NCBI GenBank assembly: GCA_018238155.1
Contig: JABCTZ010000033.1
Location: 1-64,000 of the forward strand
DNA: 64,000 nt
Source of the DNA: Candidatus Heimdallarchaeota archaeon
GTDB lineage: Archaea > Asgardarchaeota > Heimdallarchaeia > JABLTI01
Direction of reading: 5' to 3'
Shown: piece by piece, positions 12,001 to 22,927 of the stretch
Position numbering within the stretch: the stretch's first letter is position 1
How the letters are laid out: every line of letters begins with the position of its first letter
Position numbers and translations under genes: made by a program
The notes under the pieces: model-generated
Seen by the model: the letters and a program-made list of their open reading frames with translations, nothing else
Told to the model about the DNA's origin: nothing
Database searches by the model: none

Positions 12001-12309
12001 ATTTACTAATACGGAAACTAAGGGATTAAGAAAATTATTTTCATCATTAACTTCAATACGATAAATAGCTGCTCCCACTATTAAAGCCCAATCTAGATAT
12101 GGAGTTCTATCTCTAAATTCAGCTCCTGAAACTGGGGTTAACAATATTGGATTATCAAGAAGTATTTTTGATACTCCACCAGGATTTTGTTCCGATAAAG
12201 AATACATATCATCATTCAAGTTGTTCGAATCTAAATTAAGGATTGGTAATACCATCAATAAACAGATTAGCGTAACCAATATTTTAGTAAAAAGTAAACT
12301 CTTCCTCAT
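9058..12309 (-). pseudogene. Large FN3/Ig-repeat surface protein (5 YYWRV-type + 5 'D..GI..V.L.YR.N'-type modules) interrupted by two in-frame TAA codons
   Basis: Track ORFs 11389-12354, 10075-11286 and 9058-9987 share one frame. It reads IDG*YYWHVRARD and PTID*ITHDPASLNETDTITISC across the stops at 11389-11391 and 10075-10077. Signal peptide from MRKSLL (12309); TM plus RKKQ at the end. Paralog of 14721-17297. Confidence 0.85.
10750..11067. repeat. 33-bp identical repeat in adjacent FN3 modules (10750-10782 and 11035-11067)
   Basis: GAAATTCCAGACATCACTCCAATCACCCCAATT occurs twice, 285 bp apart, encoding NWGDWSDVWNF on the minus strand. Confidence 0.85.
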
Positions 12310-12527
12310 CTTACATCCACTCAATAAAACTAAATTATAGCAAATGAATTTCATTTTAAACGTTTTTTATTTGCACAGTAAAAAGTATTTGTTAATTTAA
12401 TCTAATTGTTTGACAGTATCTCCTACTGAACTTATTGTTTTATTTCTTTTGAAGTTTTTTTGGAACAATAGAAAACATCTAAAGTGATACAGAATATTCT
12501 CGTTTATATAGAATAGGTGGATTTATA

Positions 12528-14576
12528 GTGAAAATAAAAGAGATTTTTCGAAGTCAAAAACTATTTTCTTTCTTTGTTATTTTTTCATTATTCTTTACAA
12601 TTATTTTTTTTGGTGATACTAAAATAATTGCCAGTAATGAACAAGCTTCAGAAAGTATTGAAATAAAGAGTGTTGATCCTTTTCTTGATAATGATTTGTT
12701 ATTAGCAGATGCTACTGATAATAATATTACAGAATTATCTTTTTTGGATGATAATTACGGTACCATCAGTGATTTATTTGTTCTCGATAACAAAATGTTT
12801 TTGGCACATGGTGGCGGTGGATTTTCGGTCTTCAATATCATTGATTTGAAACCTCAATTTATTACTTCATGGAATCTTTATAGATGTAACAAAATTTTTG
12901 CCGATAATAATCTAGTTTATGTAATAAATAACTCTGGGTTTAATGTTATAGATATAAGTAATCCAGCTAATCCTGAATGGATTTGTAGCTGGACAAATAC
13001 TGATGATATGATAACTGATATTGTTGCTCATGATAATTATGTCTTTTTAGCAGGAATTAACAGTTTAATAGCAGTGAACATTACTGATAGAAATAATCCT
13101 GTTGCATATTGGGATACTCTTGCTTTTATCAAAGACATGCACTATATTAATGGAAATATACATACTGCTGATGCCCTTGGTTATATACGGTGTTTTGGTG
13201 TAAGTAACCCTTCATCTATTTCTATTGGAACCACTTTAGAATTTGTTGATGTGTCAAATATTTACAAGTCTGAGAATTTCATTTATTATGCAACTGAAAA
13301 TATAGCTAGAGTAGGAGAAGTTCAGAATAGAAATTACTTTCCACATCTTAGCGAATTTTCCTTTAATGACACAAGTTATAACATTGGAGTAAGAAATAAT
13401 CACTTGTTTGTGAATGAAGGTTATCAATTGGAGATATTTGATTGTACAAATAAAACAAATCCAGAATACATTTACGAATACAATAATGCTGAAATCGAAA
13501 TGTCTTCTTTTTATTTCTATGAAAATTATGCCTTCGTCTACAATGCTTTTGCAATAGAGATTTTAGATATCTCTAATCCAAGAAAAATCACTTCTGTTTA
13601 CTTTGATATATTTGCCGGTGTCACTCAAAAGATATTCTTAGAAGGAAATTTTGCTTTCGTTGCAGATTATTACTCTTTAGAAATATTGAATATTGCAAAT
13701 CCAACAAATCCTGCGGAAGTAGGTTCATATTGTGATTTAGATGGTGGATTTATTATTGATGTTTTTGTAAAAAATAGTTGCATATACCTACTAGAAAAAG
13801 ATGGTAGTAATTCAATAATAGTCATTTTGAGTATTGCTAATCTTGCTAACCCTGTTTATCAAGGCAATGTTTCTTTCACAGGTAGTTCTGTGGATTTCTA
13901 TGTTGATGATGAGTTTGCATATGTAGCCTAAAAAGGGGATGGGTTAGTTATTATTGATATCTTTTATCCAGATTATCCTATGAAATCATTACAATACAAT
14001 GAGCTAGGATGGATTTGGGGTGTTAAAAAAATTGGTGATAATCTCATCTTAGCAGGAGAAGAATATATGCATGTTGTAGAGGTAAAAAATCCATACAATC
14101 CTAAACAAATTGGTAATTTTACTCGTCCAAATGCAAATTATAGAGATGTAGAAATACAAGATAATAATGCCTTTTTCATTTGTGACGAAGGTTTTGATGT
14201 TATTGATATTTCGAATCCATTTGAACCAGTAAAAATTGGACAATTTTTTACAAATAAAAATCCTAAAGATGTCAATGTGAACGGACAATTTGTTTACTTG
14301 TTAGATGCCAATGATGGATTAACCGTTTGTGATATAGAAAATATTGTTCATCCTCGATTAATAGGACAATATAATAACCGTGCTTCACGCAATTCTTTTG
14401 TTGTTAGAAATGGATACATCTTTCTTGCTGAAGGTTCAAATGGAGTAAGAATTCTAATCACAAATCCACTTCTATATTCAGTTGAAGAAACACCAATTAG
14501 CCTTTACACTTTTGTAGGTGGTTTTATACTATTTTCCATTATTGGTCTACTTGTTCGCAAAAAAAGGAAGAAGTAA
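12528..14576 (+). pseudogene. LVIVD-repeat beta-propeller surface protein interrupted by one in-frame TAA
   Basis: LVIVD repeats (IDISNPANP, ILDISNP). Reads AYVA*KGDGLVIIDIFYPDYPMKS across TAA 13929-13931 into ORF 13980-14576 in the same frame. C-terminal TM plus RKKRKK. Confidence 0.85.
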
Positions 14577-14720
14577 TTTTTCCTTTTCATTATCTTTTTT
14601 TCCACCAAAAAAATAGAAAAAATTTTATTATATTTCTATCATATCAATAAATTCCACGCTTATAAATTGAAAAAAGATTGCTTTTGAAAAATCTTTTAAA
14701 TAAAAAAAATCAGAAAGAAA

Positions 14721-17297
14721 TTAGCGTTTCTTTCTCATTCTTATGATTATTGTAGACAATACTGCAACAATAAATGGTATAAGCAACATCAAAGATATTT
14801 GATTTGTTGTTGATACTAGTGATGCATCAACTGTAAAACTATAATAGGCACCGTTGTTGTTATCTGTAGCTATATTTTGTTGAGGTGAAGAATCGGTTGC
14901 GGTAACATAGTATTCTATTACAGAATTATTTGTGAATGCGCCAATATTTGCATTATAGATGTTATCTGTGTTTGATGACATTCTGATATTTATCCAAGAA
15001 CCATGATTTATTCTGTAGAAGAGGAATACTTTCTGAATGCCTGTTGTATCAATAACTGAACAACTTATTGTAATTGTTTCTGTAGAAATAGGTTTAATGG
15101 GAGTATGAGTTACTAAGCTGATTGTTGGTTCTATATGATCGTTCGAAGTTATTACAAATCTGTAAAATGTTCCATTATTATCATTCTTTGCTAAATTATA
15201 TGCTGGATCAAAGGAAGTGATATAATATTCAATGAGATCATCATAAGCAAATGCACCCAAGTTCACTTGATACGTTGAACCCGAAATATAAACCATTGTT
15301 GCATCAACCCACGCACCGCCATTGATCCTATAGTGCAGAGTTACTAAATCAATGCCATTCTGATCCGCAACATCACAGCTAATAGTGACTGATTCAGCAT
15401 CTGTTGGTGTTGTCGGTTCATTTTCAACGTTAGTTATAGTTGGTGCAACAGTATCGATTTTGAATGCCCAGACATCACTCCACTCGTCCATATTTCCAGC
15501 AACATCTCCAGCACGAACACTCCAGTAATAAATGCCGTCTGCTAAATTTGTCAAAGTATAACTTGTATCAGCAGTAGTGAATAATTCAGGTGAGCTAAAA
15601 TCCTTGTCACTATCAAATAGTATATCATAGAAGATTGCTGTGGGTACCGATAACCAATCTAGAGTGGATGTTGAATCATTAAGAATAGTTCCATTCCCAG
15701 GTGAAAGTAAAGTTGGTTTTTCTGGAGCTGTTACATCATTTGTGAAACACCAGACATCACTCCAAGGACTCCAATTACTGGCTGCATCTCGTGCACGCAC
15801 TCGCCAATAATATGTGTCCTCTATTATTCGAGGACCGATAAGATTTGTACGAGTAGATGTGTCAATTGTAGGGGAACTAAAGACAATATTATCATCGATT
15901 TGTATTTGGTAAACGACAGCAGAGGAAACTGCATACCATTCTAAGTAAGGGCTTCTACGTGATATGATTGAACCATTGCTTGGTGAAATTAAAATTGGTT
16001 TATCAGAATTTGAGAAGTCAATAGTAAAATACCTACTTGAACTCCAAGATCCCCAATTTCCTACTGCATCTCGTGCACAAACTCTCCAATAATATCTATT
16101 TTCACTTAAGATAGGACAAGTATAATCAGAAGAAATAATGTAAGAATTCACAATAGGGCTACTAAAATCCTCATTGTTGTCTAATTGTACCCTGTATTGT
16201 GTTGCAGTATTTAGATCTCTCCAATCAAGAGATGGTGTTTGGTCATTTAGAAATAGTCCATTAGTAGGTGAGGATAAATCTGGTTCACTTGGAGGTGTTG
16301 TGTCAATAGTAAAACTTCTAATAAAACTCAAAGAAGAACCTCCTCCATCTATCGTTGTTACACGCCAATAATATACACCATCAGCTAATGTTGGACAAGT
16401 AATTGCGGTATCTGTGGTTGTAACTACTATTTCTGCTGATTGACAAGATGGATTGTTATCCACTAAAACTATATATCTGTAAGCAGAGGAAACAGGTAGC
16501 CAATCTAAATATGGTGTTGGGTTGCTCATTAGTGCTCCACTTGCAGGTGAAATTAAAGTTGCTTTGTCTGGAGCTGCTGCATCAACAGTGAAACTGTAAA
16601 TGGAACTCCAAGACCCCCAATTTCCTGCTGCATCTCGTGCACGAACATGCCAATAATAAGTTGTGTCCATCAATGAGGTAGAAGCAAAACTTGTAAAAGC
16701 TGTGTAATGATTTATTGTAGGAGAGACAAAATTTGCATCATTGTCTACTTGTATGTTGTAAAGATTTCCACTTACAGCATACCAATAAAAATAGGGGTTA
16801 TCATCATTTATTGTAACTCCATTAAATGGACGATTTAAATTTGGGGCATCAGGTGGTGTTGTGTCAACAATGAAACTCCAAGAAGAACTCCAAGAGCTTT
16901 GTTCACCATGAGAAGTTGATGCTTGTACACGCCAGTAATATCTTCTATCTGATAAATGTGCCAAAGTAACTTGATTATTTCTAATAGAGCCACTTTGTTC
17001 GAGTGAAGAAAAATCTGCATTATTATCAACTTGATAATTATAGAAACTTGCACCACTGACAGAAAACCACTCTAATAATGGTGTATTATCATTTATTCTT
17101 TCCCCATTAGAAGGACTATTCAATGTTGGATAATCAATTAAAGGATTAAATATAGGTTCCTCATCAATTGGTGAATCTAAAGTATTAAGCTGAATACTTG
17201 TGTTGTTTTCACATATTATAGAGAAATTGTTAGGTATCAATAAACAAAGGCAAAATAGATATAATACTAACTTGTAAGAAATAAAACTCTTCCTCAT
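14721..17297 (-). CDS. FN3/Ig-repeat surface protein (6 YYWRV-type + 2 second-type modules) with TM anchor
   Basis: Signal peptide; six P.L.sP.nG...P.l.W...Y..qvD...F.S...YYW.V modules; C-terminal TM plus RMRKKR. Confidence 0.85.
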   Translation of the reverse strand: MRKSFISYKLVLYLFCLCLLIPNNFSIICENNTSIQLNTLDSPIDEEPIFNPLIDYPTLNSPSNGERINDNTPLLEWFSVSGASFYNYQVDNNADFSSLEQSGSIRNNQVTLAHLSDRRYYWRVQASTSHGEQSSWSSSWSFIVDTTPPDAPNLNRPFNGVTINDDNPYFYWYAVSGNLYNIQVDNDANFVSPTINHYTAFTSFASTSLMDTTYYWHVRARDAAGNWGSWSSIYSFTVDAAAPDKATLISPASGALMSNPTPYLDWLPVSSAYRYIVLVDNNPSCQSAEIVVTTTDTAITCPTLADGVYYWRVTTIDGGGSSLSFIRSFTIDTTPPSEPDLSSPTNGLFLNDQTPSLDWRDLNTATQYRVQLDNNEDFSSPIVNSYIISSDYTCPILSENRYYWRVCARDAVGNWGSWSSSRYFTIDFSNSDKPILISPSNGSIISRRSPYLEWYAVSSAVVYQIQIDDNIVFSSPTIDTSTRTNLIGPRIIEDTYYWRVRARDAASNWSPWSDVWCFTNDVTAPEKPTLLSPGNGTILNDSTSTLDWLSVPTAIFYDILFDSDKDFSSPELFTTADTSYTLTNLADGIYYWSVRAGDVAGNMDEWSDVWAFKIDTVAPTITNVENEPTTPTDAESVTISCDVADQNGIDLVTLHYRINGGAWVDATMVYISGSTYQVNLGAFAYDDLIEYYITSFDPAYNLAKNDNNGTFYRFVITSNDHIEPTISLVTHTPIKPISTETITISCSVIDTTGIQKVFLFYRINHGSWINIRMSSNTDNIYNANIGAFTNNSVIEYYVTATDSSPQQNIATDNNNGAYYSFTVDASLVSTTNQISLMLLIPFIVAVLSTIIIRMRKKR

Positions 17298-17591
17298 ATC
17301 ACAATACTCCTTGAAATAATTATTTTATATTTGACTTGTGATATCAAATACATTTTAAACCTTCTTAATTATCCCTTAAAATTTGTTCTATTTTTTTTAT
17401 TAGATAATCTCAAGTGATTTTTGTCGAAATCTTTTCTTTAGAAAATTAGCTAAAGGGAATAATTAATAAAATGTTACAATGATTACTTTTGGCAAATGTT
17501 TGATTCTTTAGCAAACCATTCATGAAAAAAGCTTGTTCTAGAATATAGAAAACTTGGTAACAATTGAATTAATTGCTTCTTTTTTAAGAAT

Positions 17592-18146
17592 TCAATGGAA
17601 TATCATAGTTAAAAACAGAATTTCCATAATAATTGCACTGATCATTAAAATTATTCCAATTGATACTATTAGTATATCTACCCATAATTCATTAATCCTT
17701 TTACGTTTAGTCATGATTTTACATCCAACCATTAAATGAGTGATTATTGACAATGTCAAACCAATATCAAATAGTAAATGAATTTTTGATACGATCCAAA
17801 AAGGGAGTAAAGGTTTTGTCCAATCATAGTAACTGAACCCTGAAACGATTATGAGTATAGTAAAACCCAGTATCAACCATTTAGTTATTTGTTGAATTAA
17901 CCTAACCCAGTGTACTTTAGGGTTTTTCACTATTGTCCCTTTAAAATTAACGAAGATAAATGTGTAAATAACATGGAATAGCATCAGAAATATGAAACTC
18001 CATTTAATAATAATATGAATATCAGTGATTAATTCTTGATTTATAAACCATCTTCTTGCAGTTGCATAACCAGTTAAGATTGTAAATAACGCAAAGAATG
18101 CTAACCACCATGAAACAATTCGATGAAAAGTGATTCTAAATTTCAT
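17592..18146 (-). CDS. Multi-pass membrane protein with paired His residues (cytochrome b / DUF4405-like, internally duplicated)
   Basis: TM helices containing FHRIVSW, IHIIIKW...FHV and IHLLFD...THL. 4-bp ATGA overlap with the upstream gene. Confidence 0.55.
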   Translation of the reverse strand: MKFRITFHRIVSWWLAFFALFTILTGYATARRWFINQELITDIHIIIKWSFIFLMLFHVIYTFIFVNFKGTIVKNPKVHWVRLIQQITKWLILGFTILIIVSGFSYYDWTKPLLPFWIVSKIHLLFDIGLTLSIITHLMVGCKIMTKRKRINELWVDILIVSIGIILMISAIIMEILFLTMIFH

Positions 18147-19906
18147 TGCTTCTCCTCCCTTCTTTTAATAAATAGAACTACTGCTGTGGTGCTGAGAATC
18201 GGAACCACTGCAATTCCAAAACCAATTACTGTATTAACAAAAGGTTTCACCCATTGATTTATGTTAGAACTTACAAAAACAGTTACTACATTATGTACTA
18301 TTTCTCCCCACCCATCCATTGCTTCAAATCTAAAAGTATAATTACCTATTTCTAAATTATTCATTGAAAATATAATTGGTGTATCTGTTATCCAAGAACC
18401 AGATGCATTTAGAACATCATTGAGATAAATAGAATAAGCTGGTAAAGAAACATTGATGTCAGAAACAGTCCACGATAATGAAAGTTCGGTTTCTTGCGTG
18501 ATGTATACTTCTTCCAATGGATGATTTCTAATGGTAAGAAAGGGAGAGGGAGCCCACTCGGTCCCTATTGAATATAAAATATCTATGTCGGAACCTGATC
18601 CACCATAATTTGCAGTTCTATCTTGCCACACTAGGTGTAATCTATTATTAGAGTCGATATCAACATCTGGACGCCAAGAATCAGCTGTACTGTCCACGGA
18701 AACAACTGTAAAATTGCTCCAAATATCAGTTGTTGAATTCCACATTTTATAGAAGATATCTTGATCAACTCCAGCGCTCTCTAAATCTGTTGTATCAAAC
18801 CAAAAGAAATGGATATTATTATTTTCATCTGTAACGAGCGAAGGAACATCTGAATCACTTGTACTCTCTTGAGTTACTAGTTTAACTTCAGACCAAATAT
18901 CAGTTGTATGGTCTTTGCTTCGATAGAAAATATCATGGTCATTACCTGCACTTAGAATATTGGACTCATCGACCCATGAAATGAGAATACTTTCATTATT
19001 ATAGACAGCTAATTTTGAATGTTCTGAAGAGGAATCAATACTACTTGAGATAACTTCAATTGAGGACCAAACAGCTGTAGTAGCATTATAAAATCTATAA
19101 AAGATATCTTCATCAGATCCTGCGCTTAAGTAATTTGCAAAATCTTCCCAACAAACATGAATGTTGTTGTTCTCATCAACTTGAATATCAGGCAAGCTAG
19201 ATGTAACACTTCCTTCTGTAGATATAGTTTCGGCTTGAGTCCAAGTACCATTTAGAAAACGTTTTGAAAGTAATATATCTTCATCTCCACCATTTCCAAG
19301 ATAATTAGTAGAATCTTGCCAAACTAAGTAAATGACACCATCCTTTACGTCCAAATCAACCCAATAAACATCACTTGTGCTTTGAGTGGAAACTAGCTCA
19401 ATAGCGTTCCAAGAATTCGTTGTATAATTCCAATTTCGATATAAGATATCAGAATCAATACCTGCACCTAGAATGTCCGTTCTATCTAGCCAAGCTACAT
19501 GAATATTGTTGAATTCATCTATAACCATATTTGGGAATTGTGAACTTGCTGTGCCTGCTGGAGAGAGAACTGAAATTGAAGACCATTCTTCTGATGTGAC
19601 ATTCCATATTTTGTAAAAGACATCATCATCAGAACCCGCACTAGACAAATCAGTCATATCTTGCCACACAAAATGAACATTATCTAAATGGTCAATAGCA
19701 ACTCTGGGTCTGAGAGATCTTAAATTACTCTCATTAGATAAAACTTGAGCCGTTGCCCATAAATATTGCTCTTCAACACCATCATTTTGAAATAGAGCAG
19801 TGTTTTGTATATAGGACTCTGAGGAGTTACTAAGTAAAGAAGATATCATTAACAAGAAAGTAAAAAGTAGCAAACTTATTTTTCTCAGTCTATTTTGGCA
19901 GTGCAT
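18143..19906 (-). CDS. Surface beta-propeller (BNR/sialidase-like repeats) with Ig domain and TM anchor
   Basis: About seven repeats of P.l.vD..nniHv.W.D.t....aG.D.DI.Y...W; signal peptide; C-terminal TM. Confidence 0.7.
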   Translation of the reverse strand: MHCQNRLRKISLLLFTFLLMISSLLSNSSESYIQNTALFQNDGVEEQYLWATAQVLSNESNLRSLRPRVAIDHLDNVHFVWQDMTDLSSAGSDDDVFYKIWNVTSEEWSSISVLSPAGTASSQFPNMVIDEFNNIHVAWLDRTDILGAGIDSDILYRNWNYTTNSWNAIELVSTQSTSDVYWVDLDVKDGVIYLVWQDSTNYLGNGGDEDILLSKRFLNGTWTQAETISTEGSVTSSLPDIQVDENNNIHVCWEDFANYLSAGSDEDIFYRFYNATTAVWSSIEVISSSIDSSSEHSKLAVYNNESILISWVDESNILSAGNDHDIFYRSKDHTTDIWSEVKLVTQESTSDSDVPSLVTDENNNIHFFWFDTTDLESAGVDQDIFYKMWNSTTDIWSNFTVVSVDSTADSWRPDVDIDSNNRLHLVWQDRTANYGGSGSDIDILYSIGTEWAPSPFLTIRNHPLEEVYITQETELSLSWTVSDINVSLPAYSIYLNDVLNASGSWITDTPIIFSMNNLEIGNYTFRFEAMDGWGEIVHNVVTVFVSSNINQWVKPFVNTVIGFGIAVVPILSTTAVVLFIKRREEKQ

Positions 19907-20047
19907 ATAGTGACCTGCTTATTTTTTAATTTTAATATTTCAGTTTATTATTTGAAAGTAAAATTTACTCGAAATGTAATATTAGGAGAAAACTTTTTAT
20001 CGTTATGTTTTTTCATACATAACGGTCGAGTTTATTTAAAGTATCGG

Positions 20048-20596
20048 ATGATAACGATGACAGAAAAATCAATCAAACTTGGAACACTAATTGTTGTAAT
20101 AGCTTTCAGTGCGTTAGTTATTTCAGGAACTAGTATTGGAATTTGGATAGGAGTAAGAAATACAAGTCATCCAAATCTTGAATGGTCATTCAAGATTAGT
20201 GGAAATATTGTTGGGGATGATTTCAACATTACTATGAGCGAGCTTCTGGATATGCCTGCAATAACACAAGAATATACAATCAGGGCAAAAACAAACTTAA
20301 CGAATATTTACACCGGAGCGCAAATAACACAGCTATTTACTAACATAATAGATATTGCACCAACAGCTGAAAACGTTACTTTCATTGCTTGGGATGGGTA
20401 CGCTTGGTCATTTTCTATTTCCGAATTCTTAAACGATGAGACGTATATTCTAGCATATGCAATTGATGGCGAATATTTTGATAGCTATCTAGAGGACGAT
20501 ATTGGTTATTTGTACCTCATTGTACAATCTACAGAAGATTTTCCATGGAATGGTCAAAGAAGTATTAAGAGTGTTGTAGAAATCAATTTTGAATAA
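20048..20596 (+). CDS. Membrane-anchored molybdopterin-oxidoreductase-like (SUOX/MsrP fold) domain protein
   Basis: YTGAQITQL, V.FIAWDGY, YILAYAIDGE, IKSVVEI; N-terminal TM. Start at 20048 or 20057 is more plausible than the track start 19895. Confidence 0.65.
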   Translation: MITMTEKSIKLGTLIVVIAFSALVISGTSIGIWIGVRNTSHPNLEWSFKISGNIVGDDFNITMSELLDMPAITQEYTIRAKTNLTNIYTGAQITQLFTNIIDIAPTAENVTFIAWDGYAWSFSISEFLNDETYILAYAIDGEYFDSYLEDDIGYLYLIVQSTEDFPWNGQRSIKSVVEINFE

Positions 20597-20715
20597 GAAT
20601 CTAGAGAAATATTCTTTTCTTTCTTTTTTTAAATCAAATTTCCTGTAATACGAAAAAAATTGGCTATTAAGTATTTGATGCAAGTTTAATTCAAAGAAAT
20701 TTCAAGTAGTTTTTT

Positions 20716-21381
20716 TTATTCCTTTAAAGTTAAATTAACTACTTCATTACCAATATCATATTCTATTTTGATATCCATTTTTTCTTTGGCAGTATTACTT
20801 ATCGCTATAAGTATTCCTTGAGCTAATCCAACAACAAACTGAGGTGCAATACAATTATCGATTTCTAAGTGGTTGTCTGTGATTAGTTTTGTATCTCCGG
20901 TCTTATCTAAAATGGGTTTTAATTCAGTTTTCAAAATTAAACTGACATCAGGTTGGTAAGTTGCACCTAATTTTATAATTGCTTTTCGTAGTTCAAGCCA
21001 CATTTCAAAGCCAATCTGTTTACCAGAAATAAACAATGCTTCTGGTTCTTTAAATTTAAAAAGTAATGCTGAAATAAATTTGAAATAATTTTTATTTGGG
21101 TTGAATTCTTGTTTTATCTCATTTAAAATTTCGTGTATTTCTACTTCAGACAACTTATCAGTTGAAATTACTGTCGAATGCTGTTCTCTATTTATAAGAA
21201 TAACTCGTTCTACACTTCTAATTTTAAATTGCTTATCGATATATGCAGTTACAAAGTGATCTTTATGAGGTATCATGAGTGGTAATAAACCAGTTGTCTC
21301 AAATTCATGTAAAAGTGATTCTAAATTAACTTCATAAGTGAAGTTTTCTCCACAAACACAACGAATCGTTAATACTACCAT
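20716..21381 (-). CDS. Hypothetical protein: N-terminal CxC/HxxH Zn-binding module and C-terminal V4R/Bet3-like domain
   Basis: RCVCG...PHKDHFVTAYID...RSVE; C-terminal LFISGKQIG...NC...FVVGLAQGIL; GGAG RBS before the ATG at 21381. Confidence 0.5.
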   Translation of the reverse strand: MVVLTIRCVCGENFTYEVNLESLLHEFETTGLLPLMIPHKDHFVTAYIDKQFKIRSVERVILINREQHSTVISTDKLSEVEIHEILNEIKQEFNPNKNYFKFISALLFKFKEPEALFISGKQIGFEMWLELRKAIIKLGATYQPDVSLILKTELKPILDKTGDTKLITDNHLEIDNCIAPQFVVGLAQGILIAISNTAKEKMDIKIEYDIGNEVVNLTLKE

Positions 21382-21483
21382 TAAATAATTCTCCAATATC
21401 AATAAGAAAGACTTTTTCCTTTTAAAAGTTGTTAACTCTAATTATCTTTGATAAAAAAAAGGGAAAGATGAAGAGTAATATCT

Positions 21484-22821
21484 TCATTCTATTTGCGTTT
21501 TAACTTGAGCAGTATTTTTTGGTACAAATACAACTAATAGCGTTACTGCTAAAGATACCACACCAAAAATTACCAGACCTGGCCATAATTTAGCGATATC
21601 CCAGAAATTTAATACTATTAGGTAGAGACTAAGTATAATTGCTAGCGGAAAGACAACAAAATATATTGGTGTTTTAAATGGTCGTGTAAGAGCAGGCATT
21701 TTTCTGCGTAAATATAATGCAGTTAAGCCAGCCGGAAAAAGTGCAGAGATTAGAACAAGACCTAGAGCGACTGCAGCAAAAACATCTACTGAACTTTCCC
21801 AAACACCATTTGTTCCCACCATAATTCCAGCAATAATGAAAGTACTAACAAGAACAATTAACGCATTGATGTATGTGAAACCAAATTTTTCTTTTTGTAG
21901 AGATTGTGGTAATACATTATCTTCTGATAAAACTTTTGCTTGTTTGAAGCAAGTAACTAGAATAGCATAGCATGTTCCTGCTGCTGATAATGCAGCAAAC
22001 CCAAAAACAACACTTGAATGGATTCCAGCTTTACTTGCAAGTAAGAAAATAAGTCCAACGGAACCTGTTCCGTCAGGAATATCTCCAACTGCAATCAATC
22101 CTGCAGAGGTGAAACTTACAAAAAGTGACAAAACCAAGATAATTGGTAAAACAATTAATATCCCTTTAGGCATTTTTTTCTCTACATCATCTACATCACC
22201 AGAAAATATGAGCATAACTTCGAAACCCATCAAAGACCAAAGACCTGCATTAATTGCTGTTTGATAATCAGATATATTAAAAGCAACAGGTGCAGTGTAA
22301 TTCCAAGATGTTAATGCGAAAATTGAGACAATAATGACTAAAATGATTTTGATAGACACCCAACCAAAGGATATATATCCAAAAATGTGTGGTTTGCTGA
22401 AGCCAGCAAGTATAACAAAGAGAGCCAGATAACCTAAAGTTAAGAGAGTTAAATTTAAAGTGTTTAGTAAAGCTGGATTTATAGCTGCCAAAGTAAACAA
22501 TGCTGTTAGAAAGGCTAAAAGCGTTCCTAAAATAAGATAGCCAACAAGATATAGTATTCCTACAACAGAACCTGCTTTCTGACCGAAAACACCTCCAACA
22601 TAACTATAGGGACCACCGCTTTTTGGAAACATACTTACACATTCTGCATAAGCAAGACCAGCACAAATGAAAAGTACCCAACCAACAGAAATTGTAATCA
22701 TACTAAAGATACCAACTTCATTTGACCAAATAAGGGAATCTTTCCAAATACCAGAACCAATTACTGTTGTCAAACCAATACCAATTATTCCTATGAGTGG
22801 AATTTTGCTTTTTAGTGACAT
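21484..22821 (-). CDS. APC family amino acid permease
   Basis: TM1 VIGSGIW, YAECVSMFPKSGGPYSY, TM6 GFE, LRRKMPALTRPFKTP; about 12 TM. Confidence 0.9.
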   Translation of the reverse strand: MSLKSKIPLIGIIGIGLTTVIGSGIWKDSLIWSNEVGIFSMITISVGWVLFICAGLAYAECVSMFPKSGGPYSYVGGVFGQKAGSVVGILYLVGYLILGTLLAFLTALFTLAAINPALLNTLNLTLLTLGYLALFVILAGFSKPHIFGYISFGWVSIKIILVIIVSIFALTSWNYTAPVAFNISDYQTAINAGLWSLMGFEVMLIFSGDVDDVEKKMPKGILIVLPIILVLSLFVSFTSAGLIAVGDIPDGTGSVGLIFLLASKAGIHSSVVFGFAALSAAGTCYAILVTCFKQAKVLSEDNVLPQSLQKEKFGFTYINALIVLVSTFIIAGIMVGTNGVWESSVDVFAAVALGLVLISALFPAGLTALYLRRKMPALTRPFKTPIYFVVFPLAIILSLYLIVLNFWDIAKLWPGLVIFGVVSLAVTLLVVFVPKNTAQVKTQIE

Positions 22822-22927
22822 GATTAATCTCCTAATGAAACTGCTATTGTCTCTCTTTGAGATTAAAAAGTGTTTTTAAGTCGGTAAAAGGAAGATTTTA
22901 ATGGAAGAATGAAGAATTCAAGACATA

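Noticed and set aside
9058-19906. CRISPR array or non-coding tandem repeats
   Set aside because: The recurring DNA words lie inside coding repeats at protein-domain spacing (about 285 bp); no repeat-spacer periodicity and no cas genes.
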